Shown: positions 9,450 through 19,454, counted from the stretch's first letter. The stretch is 57,932 nucleotides of DNA from a virus (IMGVR_UViG_3300027597_000005:1-57932), one strand, 5' to 3'. A program made the numbers and translations. Notes: a model not told the origin generated them from the letters alone.

Positions 9450-10246
9450 ACGTGAATCCTAAAACCAAGCAATCTACGTTTACGTGCAATACGATGGGCA
9501 ATTTGTTGCGCATGCTCTTTATTAATTGCATAATTTATCTTGAACTTTTTCTTAACACGTTTCCTATCACCACGTTTCACATGAGAATATTCCACCTCAA
9601 ACGAATCATGAAAGCTTTCAGACATTGGTGGTGTAGGAATTGGATGATGTAATTCACCACTACCAAACTTTCTAATATATTCATCACGAGACGAAACATG
9701 TAAGTTTTCTGGGTCTACATGATGAGCCTTTGGATTGTCATGAAAAAAATGCTTTTGCATGTTGGCAATAGCATGTTTTAAAACCGTAGCGTTTTTATGT
9801 CTGAAAAAAACTTTACCATGACTATCATGCACGATATAATCAGCATTGACTGCACCTACGTCTTCAAACAATTTAATTTCATCTAATTTATTTTCTATAG
9901 ACTCATACAAAACATGTTTTGATTTAGTTGGCTCAGTTTTCTTACCAAAATCACGAGCAAATGGAGATATATGATAAGTAGCTACCATATGTTTATGCTC
10001 AGTCGATTCCGCCGATGTAATTAAATCGCCTCCGGGATGAACCATAACAAAATGATATGGGTCATGACGTATAACAGTTGATTTTGGATTAATATCACGC
10101 AATTTAGCCTCCAATTTACGGGAGGCTAACTCAGCGGGTTCATCATGTTTATATTCTGAGAAAAAACGACCGTTTTCCATATCAGAAAGTTCTTTATATG
10201 AGGTTGCGGACTCATTTAGATTGACTAAAATATCTAGAATATTCAT
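9434..10246 (-). CDS. Putative head-internal protein
   Basis: LNES, LYES, LFED and MSES motifs; His-rich; downstream of gp23. Confidence 0.65.
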   Translation of the reverse strand: MNILDILVNLNESATSYKELSDMENGRFFSEYKHDEPAELASRKLEAKLRDINPKSTVIRHDPYHFVMVHPGGDLITSAESTEHKHMVATYHISPFARDFGKKTEPTKSKHVLYESIENKLDEIKLFEDVGAVNADYIVHDSHGKVFFRHKNATVLKHAIANMQKHFFHDNPKAHHVDPENLHVSSRDEYIRKFGSGELHHPIPTPPMSESFHDSFEVEYSHVKRGDRKRVKKKFKINYAINKEHAQQIAHRIARKRRLLGFRIHVKKGA

Positions 10247-10268
10247 ATCCGTTTCCTACTCCAATATA

Positions 10269-10673
10269 TTATTGCGGGGTATATGTTATGGTTTGATAGT
10301 AATAAGAAGAACCGCCAATTTTTGAAATGACGACCCCACCAACAACATCCCAACCATCAGTTGTAAAAACATTAACCTTGGTAACTAAATCATCTAATGT
10401 TGCAATTGCTGTTGCCGAGCTTCCACCACCACCAGTAATAGTAACAGTTGGGGTAGCCGAATATCCCTTACCGGAATCTAACATTACGATAGAGACAACA
10501 CTACCATCTTCAATAACTGCAAATGCGGATGCCCCGTGGCCGGTAGTATCTCCGTTTGCAGGGGTAATGGTAACAGTTGGCACCGAAGTATAACCACTGC
10601 CAGCTTGGTCTACAGCGATACTTTCAACACCACCATTTGTCAAGTTTCTTGACGAAATAACTTTATAATCCAT
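10269..10673 (-). CDS. Putative virion protein: DUF1737-like halves around a GSGYT-repeat module
   Basis: MDYKVISS...[GSGYTSVPTVTIT / GKGYSATPTVTITGGG]...DDLVTKVN..DGWDVVGGV...YYQTI. Confidence 0.6.
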   Translation of the reverse strand: MDYKVISSRNLTNGGVESIAVDQAGSGYTSVPTVTITPANGDTTGHGASAFAVIEDGSVVSIVMLDSGKGYSATPTVTITGGGGSSATAIATLDDLVTKVNVFTTDGWDVVGGVVISKIGGSSYYYQTITYTPQ

Positions 10674-10676
10674 TTT

Positions 10677-11807
10677 TTAACCTTCCTTTTTCATTTTAAT
10701 AATATCTTCTGGGGATAATGTTTTTTCAACTTTTATAGCGTGATCCATATTATAATTTGGTGCCCACATATGGCGCTTAGGGTTGTTAACATTGTTTATG
10801 TCATGGTATCCGACCATATCACCAACGGATATATTTTTATTGGTTGTATCCATTTCATGTACACTTTTTGGTATCATTGTATAGTATCTTCCCTTCGGAG
10901 AAACTTTAACATTTGGTAATTTTTTAACATCTTCTTCCGCACCAGCAGGAACATGTAATAATGCATAATGGTCATTCTTCTCTTGGTGTGCTGTTTTTCT
11001 TGCACCAACAAACTCAGCATCCACGCCCGGTAATACTTTACTCATGACACTCTTTCTATATTTTGGCAATTCACGACTTCTGTAATCTTCATCTGAAATA
11101 ACTTCTGAATCGTCATGTGATGAATGATAAGAAGGGAATAAAGCATTTGCCTTATCATGGTCATCTTTTGTTACTGGAACTGCATAAGTATGTTCACCAA
11201 CCTTGATACCTTCATGTGCTGGGGTGTCAAGTGGTGTATGCGACTTCACAACCAAATAATGATCTTTTTTAGGAGGTGTATACGCAGGGTATGATTTAGA
11301 TGGGCGGCGCATTACTTCGTCATTTTCACGTTCCTTTTCACCATGCCACAAATGAGGCATGTAATGGCTGTTATATCGGTTTCCAAATTTTGCTTCCGAT
11401 AAACTTTTACCCTCTGACACTGGTTGTTCTACATTTTCTTTAGCTTTAGAACGATTTGATGGACGTTCTACCAATATGACATGTTTACCTTGTTTATTTG
11501 AATGGACAATTGCTATTTCATTTCCATTCGAAGAAATCATTTTGAACTCATCATTGTTAATACGTGAAAAAGAAGATTTTGGGTATTTTCTCTTCATGAT
11601 TGACTCTATATCACGTGAGTTTTGATCTGGTGCAACTACAACATAACGATTTTTTCCATCATTTAAATCTAAATCATTAACGGAATCTTCCCCACCGGAA
11701 TATACTTGATCCCCGGTAGAATCGTTATCGGTGAAATCAGGTCTAACCCCATAATATGAACGGCTCTTTTTTTCATCTGACTTTGATAATGTTACATCGT
11801 TTTCCAT
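10677..11807 (-). CDS. Late hypothetical protein, possible head-internal protein
   Basis: TATAAATA late promoter and GAAGG RBS upstream; VSEG and LSEA motifs. Confidence 0.7.
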   Translation of the reverse strand: MENDVTLSKSDEKKSRSYYGVRPDFTDNDSTGDQVYSGGEDSVNDLDLNDGKNRYVVVAPDQNSRDIESIMKRKYPKSSFSRINNDEFKMISSNGNEIAIVHSNKQGKHVILVERPSNRSKAKENVEQPVSEGKSLSEAKFGNRYNSHYMPHLWHGEKERENDEVMRRPSKSYPAYTPPKKDHYLVVKSHTPLDTPAHEGIKVGEHTYAVPVTKDDHDKANALFPSYHSSHDDSEVISDEDYRSRELPKYRKSVMSKVLPGVDAEFVGARKTAHQEKNDHYALLHVPAGAEEDVKKLPNVKVSPKGRYYTMIPKSVHEMDTTNKNISVGDMVGYHDINNVNNPKRHMWAPNYNMDHAIKVEKTLSPEDIIKMKKEG

Positions 11808-11833
11808 ATTACTTACCTTCAATTGGTTTACTG

Positions 11834-11841
11834 TATTTATA
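11834..11841 (-). promoter_or_regulatory. T4-type late promoter
   Basis: TATAAATA on the minus strand. Confidence 0.7.
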
Positions 11842-11863
11842 TTACTTCTTTTTTTACAGGAAT

Positions 11864-11890
11864 AAAAAAAGAGTCCGAAGACTCTTTTTT
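11864..11890 (-). terminator. Terminator after the major capsid gene with a C(UUCG)G tetraloop
   Basis: Minus strand AAGAGTC-TTCG-GACTC-TTTTTTT. Confidence 0.9.
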
Positions 11891-11913
11891 ATTAAATCAC
11901 ACTAATATTGCTA

Positions 11914-13215
11914 TTAGGATGCAGCACCTGCCAAGTTTTCGATACGAACACGGCGGTAGTAGACGTTTGCGTTAGCAGTCAATGCACCGTTGGAAACAGC
12001 GTTTCCGTTCACGTCGATATTAGCAAATGGGTTGCTTGCCAAACCGTAACGGGTTTTAAAACCAATCTTAGGTTGGAAGCTATCTTCACTAACAGCTTTG
12101 TAAAGTTGCAATGGGATGTATGGGCAGTAGTAGATACCTGCGTCATATTGGTTAGCACCCTTGTAACCGACAACGTAGAAGTTACCAACTGCGTATGGGT
12201 CGATATAAACACGATACTTACCGTTCAACACACCAGCGAATGTATTACCAGTATCATCAATTTGCAAGTCAGTAGACAATGCAGGTTGATAATCCAACAT
12301 ACCGGACATTGCAAGAGCAGAAGCTACGTCAGACGAACAGATAATGAAATTACCTTTACCGTTACGAGTTTCTTTAGCGATTGCGTTAGCATCACGGTCG
12401 ATCTGGAACAACATACCTTGGAATTTTTCTTTTGACCAACGACCGTTAGAGTCAGTGTCAAGGTCGAAAATACCGGGTGTTGACAAATCAGTGTTTTGTG
12501 CACCAACCTTAGCAGTAACATAAATTGTACGAATAACTTCACGGTTCAAATCAGCCAACAATTGTGCGGACAAAATGTTTGCCAATTCAGTTTCAGCGTC
12601 AAGACCATGAATCTGCTTCAAATCTTGTGCCAATTCAACAGTATAAGTTGCCTTCAATGCACGGGTCTTTGTCTGAACAGTGAACGAATCAATGTCGAAG
12701 CCCATTTCACCGAATGCATCACCTGTATCTGTACCCAAAGCTTCACCAGTAGCAGTTGCCATACCAGTACCAGAAGTATATGTTCCGGGAACGCCAAGGT
12801 TAAGAACAGATGGATCAGTACCACCATGAGAACCAGTACCAGAGAATGCAGTATTAGCTTCACGATAGAAAGCATCAGTACGAGTTGCACCAGCGATGTA
12901 TTTTGGCTTGTAAGCGAAAACCAAACCAGATGGGCCAGTCAAAGGCTGAACACCACAAACATCATAAGCGATCAAGTTTGGCATAGAACGACGAACCAAA
13001 TTAATCAAGATTGGGTCATATTTTGCGACATTTGCAGTTACGTTGCTTGCAGCAGCATCTTCATTCAAAGTACCACCGAATGCATCAACAGCAGTCGAAT
13101 TTTTTAGTTGGTTTTCCAACAAGGTAGCTGTAGTCTTACGACGGTGAGCATCCTTAATCTTAGGATAGTCACTGTGTTCAAGAACCGCTTGCCACTTTTG
13201 AACTAAATCAGTCAT
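11914..13215 (-). CDS. gp23: Major capsid protein
   Basis: DPILINLVRRSMPNLIAYDVCGVQPLTGPSGL, RALKATYTVELAQDLK, FQPKIGFKTRYG. Confidence 0.98.
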   Translation of the reverse strand: MTDLVQKWQAVLEHSDYPKIKDAHRRKTTATLLENQLKNSTAVDAFGGTLNEDAAASNVTANVAKYDPILINLVRRSMPNLIAYDVCGVQPLTGPSGLVFAYKPKYIAGATRTDAFYREANTAFSGTGSHGGTDPSVLNLGVPGTYTSGTGMATATGEALGTDTGDAFGEMGFDIDSFTVQTKTRALKATYTVELAQDLKQIHGLDAETELANILSAQLLADLNREVIRTIYVTAKVGAQNTDLSTPGIFDLDTDSNGRWSKEKFQGMLFQIDRDANAIAKETRNGKGNFIICSSDVASALAMSGMLDYQPALSTDLQIDDTGNTFAGVLNGKYRVYIDPYAVGNFYVVGYKGANQYDAGIYYCPYIPLQLYKAVSEDSFQPKIGFKTRYGLASNPFANIDVNGNAVSNGALTANANVYYRRVRIENLAGAAS

Positions 13216-13366
13216 TTCGATTTCCTCTATAATTTTAAAAATTTGTTTAATCTTATTTATTTACTGACAAAAAAAGTTTTGAAAATTTTTCGTTTTGTAA
13301 ACAATAAGTTGTTATACTTTTATTTACTGTAAAAAAATTATTTTTTAATTTTTTATCATTTTCGGT

Positions 13367-13396
13367 GATTTTAGTGAAAATTAATTCACTAAAATC
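13367..13396. other. Hairpin between gp22 and gp23
   Basis: GATTTTAGTGAA / TTCACTAAAATC 12-bp inverted repeat. Confidence 0.55.
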
Positions 13397-13406
13397 CATG
13401 TATTAA

Positions 13407-14492
13407 TTACGATGTACGGTTAATACGGCTAATTTTCTTAGCGATTTCTTCGATTTCGTTACCAACACTTTCAGTCAAAGGCTTAGCTGGCTGAGAAACA
13501 GTGTCTTCGGAAATAGGCTTAGCAGGTGCAGCAGCTTGGGCCAAACTAGAAACTGCAATATCAACACGAGCACGGAACGAGTCTGCATCAGAGAATGCAA
13601 CGCTTTCCATCAACCCACGAATCTTTTCTGCTTTAACAGCACTAACATTTTTCAATGCAGATTCAAGAATTGCGTTCTTCTTATATGTATTAACTTCTTC
13701 TGCAAGAGCAGCAGATTTTGCCTTTTCTTCATCCAATTGAGAAAGAATTTCGTCGCCTTTCTTAACAGCAGCTTCATAAAGGTCAACCTTATCCTTTGGC
13801 AATTCAACATAATGAGATTCAAGCAAACCTTTCAAGCCATCCATGAACGATTCAGCGATACGGGTACGTGCGCCAAGTTCAAGTGCCAACTTGTTTTCTT
13901 CTGCCCATTCGTTAACAACGACAGACAAATACTCATTGATAGAAGCTTGTTGAGCTTGTTGGAAGTTTTCCAATTCCTGAGCAATGTAAGTTTCAGCAGC
14001 TTCGGAAATAGCCAACAAATGCTTCTTACCTGCGGAAGTAACAGCAGCTTCGAAAATGTCAGTTGCCTTGCTAGTGAAATCTTCATTCAAGCCTTGCGAT
14101 TCAAACATAGAACCCAATTCAGACTTCAATTGTACTTCATAAATTGATTCTGCCATCAACTTGCCGATAACCTTGTCCAAAATACCGTTAACGGAATCTT
14201 CGGAAACAACACCGTTGATACGATCTTGAATGTCATCAACACTAGTGATATCACCACCTGTAGACGCAGGAAGATTAGGATCATTGATAAAATCCTTTTC
14301 GTCCAAACCACCATCACCAGACACAACATTACCTGTTTCGTTTGCAGGATAAGGTTCTACTGGTGCAGGTGGGGCAGCTTGGAAATCTTGAGGTTCCAAG
14401 GTGACAGGTGCAACTTGACCGACATCAGTGTTATCTGCTGGACGGTATGCTGCCTCTGACATAGTTGTTAAAATTTCTTTAATGGTTTTCAT
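13407..14492 (-). CDS. gp22: Prohead core scaffold protein
   Basis: F..KATDIFEAAV, YL..VVNEW.EENKLA, IAESFMDGLKGL..HYVELP; position between gp21 and gp23. Confidence 0.92.
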   Translation of the reverse strand: MKTIKEILTTMSEAAYRPADNTDVGQVAPVTLEPQDFQAAPPAPVEPYPANETGNVVSGDGGLDEKDFINDPNLPASTGGDITSVDDIQDRINGVVSEDSVNGILDKVIGKLMAESIYEVQLKSELGSMFESQGLNEDFTSKATDIFEAAVTSAGKKHLLAISEAAETYIAQELENFQQAQQASINEYLSVVVNEWAEENKLALELGARTRIAESFMDGLKGLLESHYVELPKDKVDLYEAAVKKGDEILSQLDEEKAKSAALAEEVNTYKKNAILESALKNVSAVKAEKIRGLMESVAFSDADSFRARVDIAVSSLAQAAAPAKPISEDTVSQPAKPLTESVGNEIEEIAKKISRINRTS

Positions 14493-14537
14493 TTTCCACT
14501 CCAATAATTGTGAATATTTTTAAAATGTTGTTTTATC

Positions 14538-14545
14538 TATTTATA
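14538..14545 (-). promoter_or_regulatory. T4-type late promoter
   Basis: TATAAATA upstream of gp22. Confidence 0.7.
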
Positions 14546-14590
14546 TAGTTCAACATTCTGTAGTTCTTTTTATTTAATGGTTCAAAAATT

Positions 14591-15265
14591 TTATGAGCCA
14601 TTAATACATGATTTCATTAGTTTATTCCATGCTTCCAATTTAGCCTCTTGAAGATTTCTCGAAGATGCATTTTTTATTGAACGGCGGATTTCTTCGGCTA
14701 TTGCAACATCAGGGTCAGATGTGTCCCATGCAATAGTTCCTTCCATTAAACCATCAACAAATGCTTCTGGTGCAGATGGGTCATATACAATGTCAATAGC
14801 ACGTAAAATAAGACCGGGATTAACTTGATTTACACCATCACCACGTTCACGTACAGAACCGTCAGCACGAGAAGAAACAGCCAATTGTACGCCGCCTTCT
14901 AACAAAGCTTGTGCGATTTTCCCACAAGGGGTATCAAGCACTTTTGCCTTACCGATATAATAATTACCATCAATCTTTATTTCTTCTGTTAAGTGAGAAA
15001 TACGATCAGGATTGATTTTCGTGGTGTCTGGATGTGTTAATTCGCCTACGGCACGTCTCTTATTAACAAACTGTGTAATATAAGTGTTTGTCGCAGCATC
15101 AAGAATATCTTTTGGGTACATGCGATTGTTTCTATTAACAATGTTCGCCTGCATGAAGATACCTTTTATGTACCAATACTTTTTACCGTTAACTGTCTCG
15201 CTCAATATTTCAGTATCTTCGAAAAGTTGATCATGAAACGGCAATATGTTACTTTTACTAATCAT
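14591..15265 (-). CDS. gp21: Prohead protease
   Basis: YIKGIFMQA..VNRN.RMYP, GEL.HP, RISH, VSSR, DIV.DPSAPEAFV. Confidence 0.95.
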   Translation of the reverse strand: MISKSNILPFHDQLFEDTEILSETVNGKKYWYIKGIFMQANIVNRNNRMYPKDILDAATNTYITQFVNKRRAVGELTHPDTTKINPDRISHLTEEIKIDGNYYIGKAKVLDTPCGKIAQALLEGGVQLAVSSRADGSVRERGDGVNQVNPGLILRAIDIVYDPSAPEAFVDGLMEGTIAWDTSDPDVAIAEEIRRSIKNASSRNLQEAKLEAWNKLMKSCINGS

Positions 15266-15672
15266 TTAAAATACCCCAATTCACTATTTCTACGTTGTAT
15301 AGAACGCATGCGTTTGCGTATGATCATAGACATTTTCATTTGACGCTTTCTTGCAGCACGTTTAGCAGCACGTTTACGATTTATAATCTCACGTGGTTGC
15401 ATCTTAATAACTTGCCCACCGGGCATTAATTTATATCCCTTCCCCATAACATCAACACGCTTGTTCATCTGCAAGCTTCCGTTACGTACACGATTGACAA
15501 TAGCAATACGCCCCATACGTCTTTCAAATGGATGAGGACGATGAGTCATGTTCTCATCAAGAGATTCGGTAATAATTTCATCAGTTGTCATTTCACCCAA
15601 CATCGAAGCTGTTTTTTCTAATGCCAAGCGGTCAAGTGATTCTTTTAACATAGTCTTAACAATATTAGTCAT
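15262..15672 (-). CDS. gp68: Prohead core protein (gp68-like)
   Basis: Basic C-terminus RVRNG...GYK...RKRAAKRAARKR; immediately upstream of gp21. Confidence 0.75.
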   Translation of the reverse strand: MTNIVKTMLKESLDRLALEKTASMLGEMTTDEIITESLDENMTHRPHPFERRMGRIAIVNRVRNGSLQMNKRVDVMGKGYKLMPGGQVIKMQPREIINRKRAAKRAARKRQMKMSMIIRKRMRSIQRRNSELGYFK

Positions 15673-16066
15673 GACTAACTCCCTGTAAAATTGGTTGAAC
15701 TGTATTAGTAAAATCGTCTATATCATCAAAACCAGCATCCATCTTGTCGATAAATGATGGGTTTGACATAAGAACTTCTGCAATATCAGGTGACATTACT
15801 ACGTATGAGCCATCTTTATTAACAACAACCAAATCATTTTCAGAAATACCGTCTTCTGACATTTCATCATCTGTTATATCATCTGGCGCTGGCGTATATT
15901 CAAAGTCATCGTCGTCATCTTCAATATCATCGGCATTGATATTTTCTATATCACTGGTATCAACATCAGGAATATCCATGTCATCAACAGGAACATCACT
16001 ATCATTTGAAGGTGAAACGATATCAAAAACATCATCCAAATCGTCGTCTGTTATATTGTAATCCAT
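15665..16066 (-). CDS. Acidic prohead core protein (gp67-like by position)
   Basis: Extremely Asp-rich; lies between the portal and gp68 genes. Confidence 0.55.
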   Translation of the reverse strand: MDYNITDDDLDDVFDIVSPSNDSDVPVDDMDIPDVDTSDIENINADDIEDDDDDFEYTPAPDDITDDEMSEDGISENDLVVVNKDGSYVVMSPDIAEVLMSNPSFIDKMDAGFDDIDDFTNTVQPILQGVSHD

Positions 16067-16078
16067 TTATTTTTCCTC

Positions 16079-16531
16079 TTATTGCCAAGGATTATGTTCG
16101 CCAGACCAATCCTGATTTTCATTGGCATCTTCCAAATCATCATCGTCGTTGACGTTATTATATGGCAAATCAAATTGGTCATTGCTTTGTTTAAAATTAG
16201 TGTAGTAATAATCATACGGCATCAATTTAGCAGGTCTTTGGCTTCCACTAGTATCTACGTCCTGAGAATTGAAATCCGAGTTCAATTCAGGTGCAAACCA
16301 TTTCGCCTTTAACCATCCATCTTGGCTACGGTATTCTGGATCATCGTTCCAGTTTTCTTCATCTTCACGTCTTTCATATTGAGCAAGCATTTTTTCAACT
16401 TGTCTACGTGTCAATGGGTAACTCGATTGATCAGGGGCCATACGCATTTCTAATAAATTACCAGAAGACAATTTATCAATTAGCTTTTCATTCATGATCA
16501 ATTTAACAAAATCTTTATTAGGGATTTTCAT
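16079..16531 (-). CDS. Late hypothetical head-module protein
   Basis: AGGAG RBS; late promoter at 16556-16563; IMNEK and LLEM motifs. Confidence 0.7.
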   Translation of the reverse strand: MKIPNKDFVKLIMNEKLIDKLSSGNLLEMRMAPDQSSYPLTRRQVEKMLAQYERREDEENWNDDPEYRSQDGWLKAKWFAPELNSDFNSQDVDTSGSQRPAKLMPYDYYYTNFKQSNDQFDLPYNNVNDDDDLEDANENQDWSGEHNPWQ

Positions 16532-16555
16532 TTATAACTCCTTAAAACATAAGAA

Positions 16556-16563
16556 TATTTATA
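16556..16563 (-). promoter_or_regulatory. T4-type late promoter
   Basis: TATAAATA. Confidence 0.7.
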
Positions 16564-16574
16564 ACATTTCATTT

Positions 16575-16850
16575 TTATGGCAAATTGATATTATTGTCAA
16601 AATATGCAATTGCAGCATCAAAATATGCTTCCAAATCAGTTTTCAATGCATATTGCACATGTGGATTTGAACCATTAATGTGAGCGACCATTACCGCCGA
16701 AGCCTCACCAACAGGGTCGGCCCCTACCATAGCTGCGGTGTAATCACCTGTTTGTGCATATATATTGGGGCCAATACGTCCAAACACCGTTTGAACATCA
16801 GTGCTTACTGGCATTGGCATTGGCATGCCATAAATTGCTGAATTAAACAT
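16575..16850 (-). CDS. Small fibre-repeat protein
   Basis: VQTVFGR.G...AQTGDYTAAMVGADP.G.AS....AH....NPH.QY resembles tail-fibre repeat segments. Confidence 0.55.
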   Translation of the reverse strand: MFNSAIYGMPMPMPVSTDVQTVFGRIGPNIYAQTGDYTAAMVGADPVGEASAVMVAHINGSNPHVQYALKTDLEAYFDAAIAYFDNNINLP

Positions 16851-16874
16851 AATTACCCCAAAAGTTTATATTAT

Positions 16875-18515
16875 TTATTGTTGCATTTGATCTTGCTCTT
16901 GTTGCATTTGTTGTGCAACAGCAATGTAATTTGACGCATCTATTCCTTGTTTCCCCAATATATCAGTTAATGATGAATCGGATTCTGCTTGTAACTGTGC
17001 AGTCAATTGTTGTTCATTAATTCTATTCTGAATATTTTCTTGACGATATTGTGCTGCTTGTTTTTTCAATTCCGCCGCAACTTCTTCTGTTACGTGTAAG
17101 ACATTGGTATAAACATAATCAGGGCCATAATATTTTCCAACAAAAGCATCTGCTGCCCCAATCATATTCAAACGACCTTGTAAAATTTCATTTTCTACAG
17201 ATTCTTTGAAATAGTTGTCAACGGTAAAATCAAAATACAAATTGTCACGGAATTCTTCCCAATCATCTAATCCAATTATTCCTTTTAATACTAACTGTCG
17301 TTTCAACAATTCAGCAAAAAGCTTTGAGAATTGAATACGCAAACGTTGAATATAATTAAAGAAGCGTAATTCATCACGAGTAATTTCAGAACCATGTGTA
17401 TACAAGGAACCTTGTTGAAAACGGGACGCTGGAACTTTTAATGCATCCCACAATTGAGTTTTGAAATAATCCAATTGACTAGTATTGTCGAAAGAGTCAC
17501 CACCGGGCAATGTATCAATTTCTGTGCCACGGCTACCACCTTGACGGGGTATGAAAAAGTCTTCATTCATTGACATGAATCGTTTTTCGTTTTTCACTTT
17601 GCCGGTAACGGGGTCATAAAGAATTTTTGTACGGTACTTGTCAGCGATTTCTTTGATATATTGGTCAATTTTTGCTTTAGGAAGATTACCAACGTCGATA
17701 TAGAATATTCTACGTTCGGGCGCACGTGTAAGCATATAGATAATCCCGCTTTCTTCTAACATACGCATGGAATTAGTAGTACGTATAGCAGTTTCCAAAG
17801 CGGATACCATGAAACCACGATCAGCGTCATAAATCCCTGAATTACATTGAACAACTGATTCCGGTGTTAATGTAATAGTAGTGGAAGTTGCGCCACCCGC
17901 CGTCGATGCACTTTGATCTATTCCGTTTTCATTAAAGATATAAAACTCTTTTATATTCCTGACAATTGGATGGCCATTTTGTATATCACGATTTATTTCA
18001 CGTATTTTCTTTATTTTCGTTGGTTCAACATATTGTAATTGTTGAATACCGTACTGAGGATTGTTTTCATCAATAGAAACCAAATAATTAATACGGCCAT
18101 CAACATACCAGCGTTTAGCAACTGTATGAGCGTCAGTGTTGAAATCTAATAACCCAAGAATTGTTTTAAACTCTTTATTAATTACTTCTTTCAACTCCAA
18201 CGAAATATCAATGGCATCCATATTCAAAGTAACAGCCGGTTTTTGATGTTCCATCACAACCATTTCACAAATTATTTCTTCTACTGCTAAATCAACTTCT
18301 GCCTGTCTTGCTATATCTCTATATTGAGCAATCGCATCGTTTTCTGTTTTAACCATTGATGTTATTTGTAATGATGTCGCCATAGGCGTCATGAAACCAC
18401 CAGAATAAAGGTCTACAGAAGGATCGTTTAGACTTGGCGCAATGTATTGCGTAACACCACTTGCAGAGTTTTTATCGGCAGAGCCAAAGCTAAAGCCAAA
18501 AATTTTAAATTGCAT
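16875..18515 (-). CDS. gp20: Portal protein
   Basis: WYVDGRI, RAPERRIFYIDVGNLPK, EDFFIPR..GSRGTEIDTLPGG, EITRDELRF. Confidence 0.97.
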   Translation of the reverse strand: MQFKIFGFSFGSADKNSASGVTQYIAPSLNDPSVDLYSGGFMTPMATSLQITSMVKTENDAIAQYRDIARQAEVDLAVEEIICEMVVMEHQKPAVTLNMDAIDISLELKEVINKEFKTILGLLDFNTDAHTVAKRWYVDGRINYLVSIDENNPQYGIQQLQYVEPTKIKKIREINRDIQNGHPIVRNIKEFYIFNENGIDQSASTAGGATSTTITLTPESVVQCNSGIYDADRGFMVSALETAIRTTNSMRMLEESGIIYMLTRAPERRIFYIDVGNLPKAKIDQYIKEIADKYRTKILYDPVTGKVKNEKRFMSMNEDFFIPRQGGSRGTEIDTLPGGDSFDNTSQLDYFKTQLWDALKVPASRFQQGSLYTHGSEITRDELRFFNYIQRLRIQFSKLFAELLKRQLVLKGIIGLDDWEEFRDNLYFDFTVDNYFKESVENEILQGRLNMIGAADAFVGKYYGPDYVYTNVLHVTEEVAAELKKQAAQYRQENIQNRINEQQLTAQLQAESDSSLTDILGKQGIDASNYIAVAQQMQQEQDQMQQ

Positions 18516-18553
18516 ATTTTAATCCTGATATATTGTTTCTAATTTTATATAGC

Positions 18554-18578
18554 AAAAAAGCCGCAGGGCGGCTTTTTT
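18554..18578 (-). terminator. Rho-independent terminator
   Basis: AAAAAAGCCGC-AGG-GCGGCTTTTTT. Confidence 0.8.
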
Positions 18579-18593
18579 GAATCAATGGTCTGA

Positions 18594-19454
18594 TTAAACT
18601 TTTAGCTTATGTGTTCTGATTTTGTACTTACCTTGTACAGCTTGTACCTTATCAACTAAACCATCTTTTCTAACATGTGTTAAACAGTGACCCTCATGAA
18701 GTATGATTGACCCACCATAACGATTTGTTAATGCGGTTGAAATTTGTTGAAGTGCTTCATCTAAATTTTCAACTTGGTGTGGGTATTCGATATATGCTGA
18801 TTCATCTAATTTAGAATCTTTGTGAGATTCATCGTCATCACATTTTTCTTCAAGTTCCGTTTTAATCATGTCATTTTGATCATTAACAACATCAACCGCA
18901 GGTGCCATTGTTGTATCAATCGGTGTATCAATTGCAGCGGCTATGTCAGCATCTGGTGCAGGTTGAACATCAATATTATCATCAACTGTAGGTGCTGGTT
19001 GTGCATCTGATACCAAATCAGCAATGTCTAAATCATTGTCAGTATCGTTGTTTGTGTCATCTTGACCATTTTCAACAAATGGTACAATTTCACCAACTGG
19101 CAACACAACAGAGTTTGCATCTTGTTCGGAAGTATCGCCATCACAACCATTATCCGAAACTGGTTCTGGATTAGGCGTTATATTATCGTCACTTTGATTA
19201 ACTGGTATATCAGTAGATAAACCACCAACATAATGGTCAGAATCAGTAGACACAACAATATGACATGATGGGCATGTATTTCCATCATCATCAGTATCAT
19301 TAGACAAATAGATGAATGCATTTGGACTAATACGCACCAAATGACCATTCAATTGATTGTCAACCATATTACCCATCAAGGTATTTGAAGCATCAGTGGC
19401 ATTTCCTTGCTGGTGGGGGTATACTGATGATAAAATTGCATTAGTTAAATCCAT
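18594..19454 (-). CDS. Acidic hypothetical virion-module protein
   Basis: Between gp19 and gp20; Asp-rich; LDES and LDEA motifs. Confidence 0.7.
   Translation of the reverse strand: MDLTNAILSSVYPHQQGNATDASNTLMGNMVDNQLNGHLVRISPNAFIYLSNDTDDDGNTCPSCHIVVSTDSDHYVGGLSTDIPVNQSDDNITPNPEPVSDNGCDGDTSEQDANSVVLPVGEIVPFVENGQDDTNNDTDNDLDIADLVSDAQPAPTVDDNIDVQPAPDADIAAAIDTPIDTTMAPAVDVVNDQNDMIKTELEEKCDDDESHKDSKLDESAYIEYPHQVENLDEALQQISTALTNRYGGSIILHEGHCLTHVRKDGLVDKVQAVQGKYKIRTHKLKV

Noticed and set aside
11908-14459. Long plus-strand ORFs opposite gp23 and gp22
   Set aside because: Antisense frames caused by codon bias of highly expressed genes; no RBS or motifs
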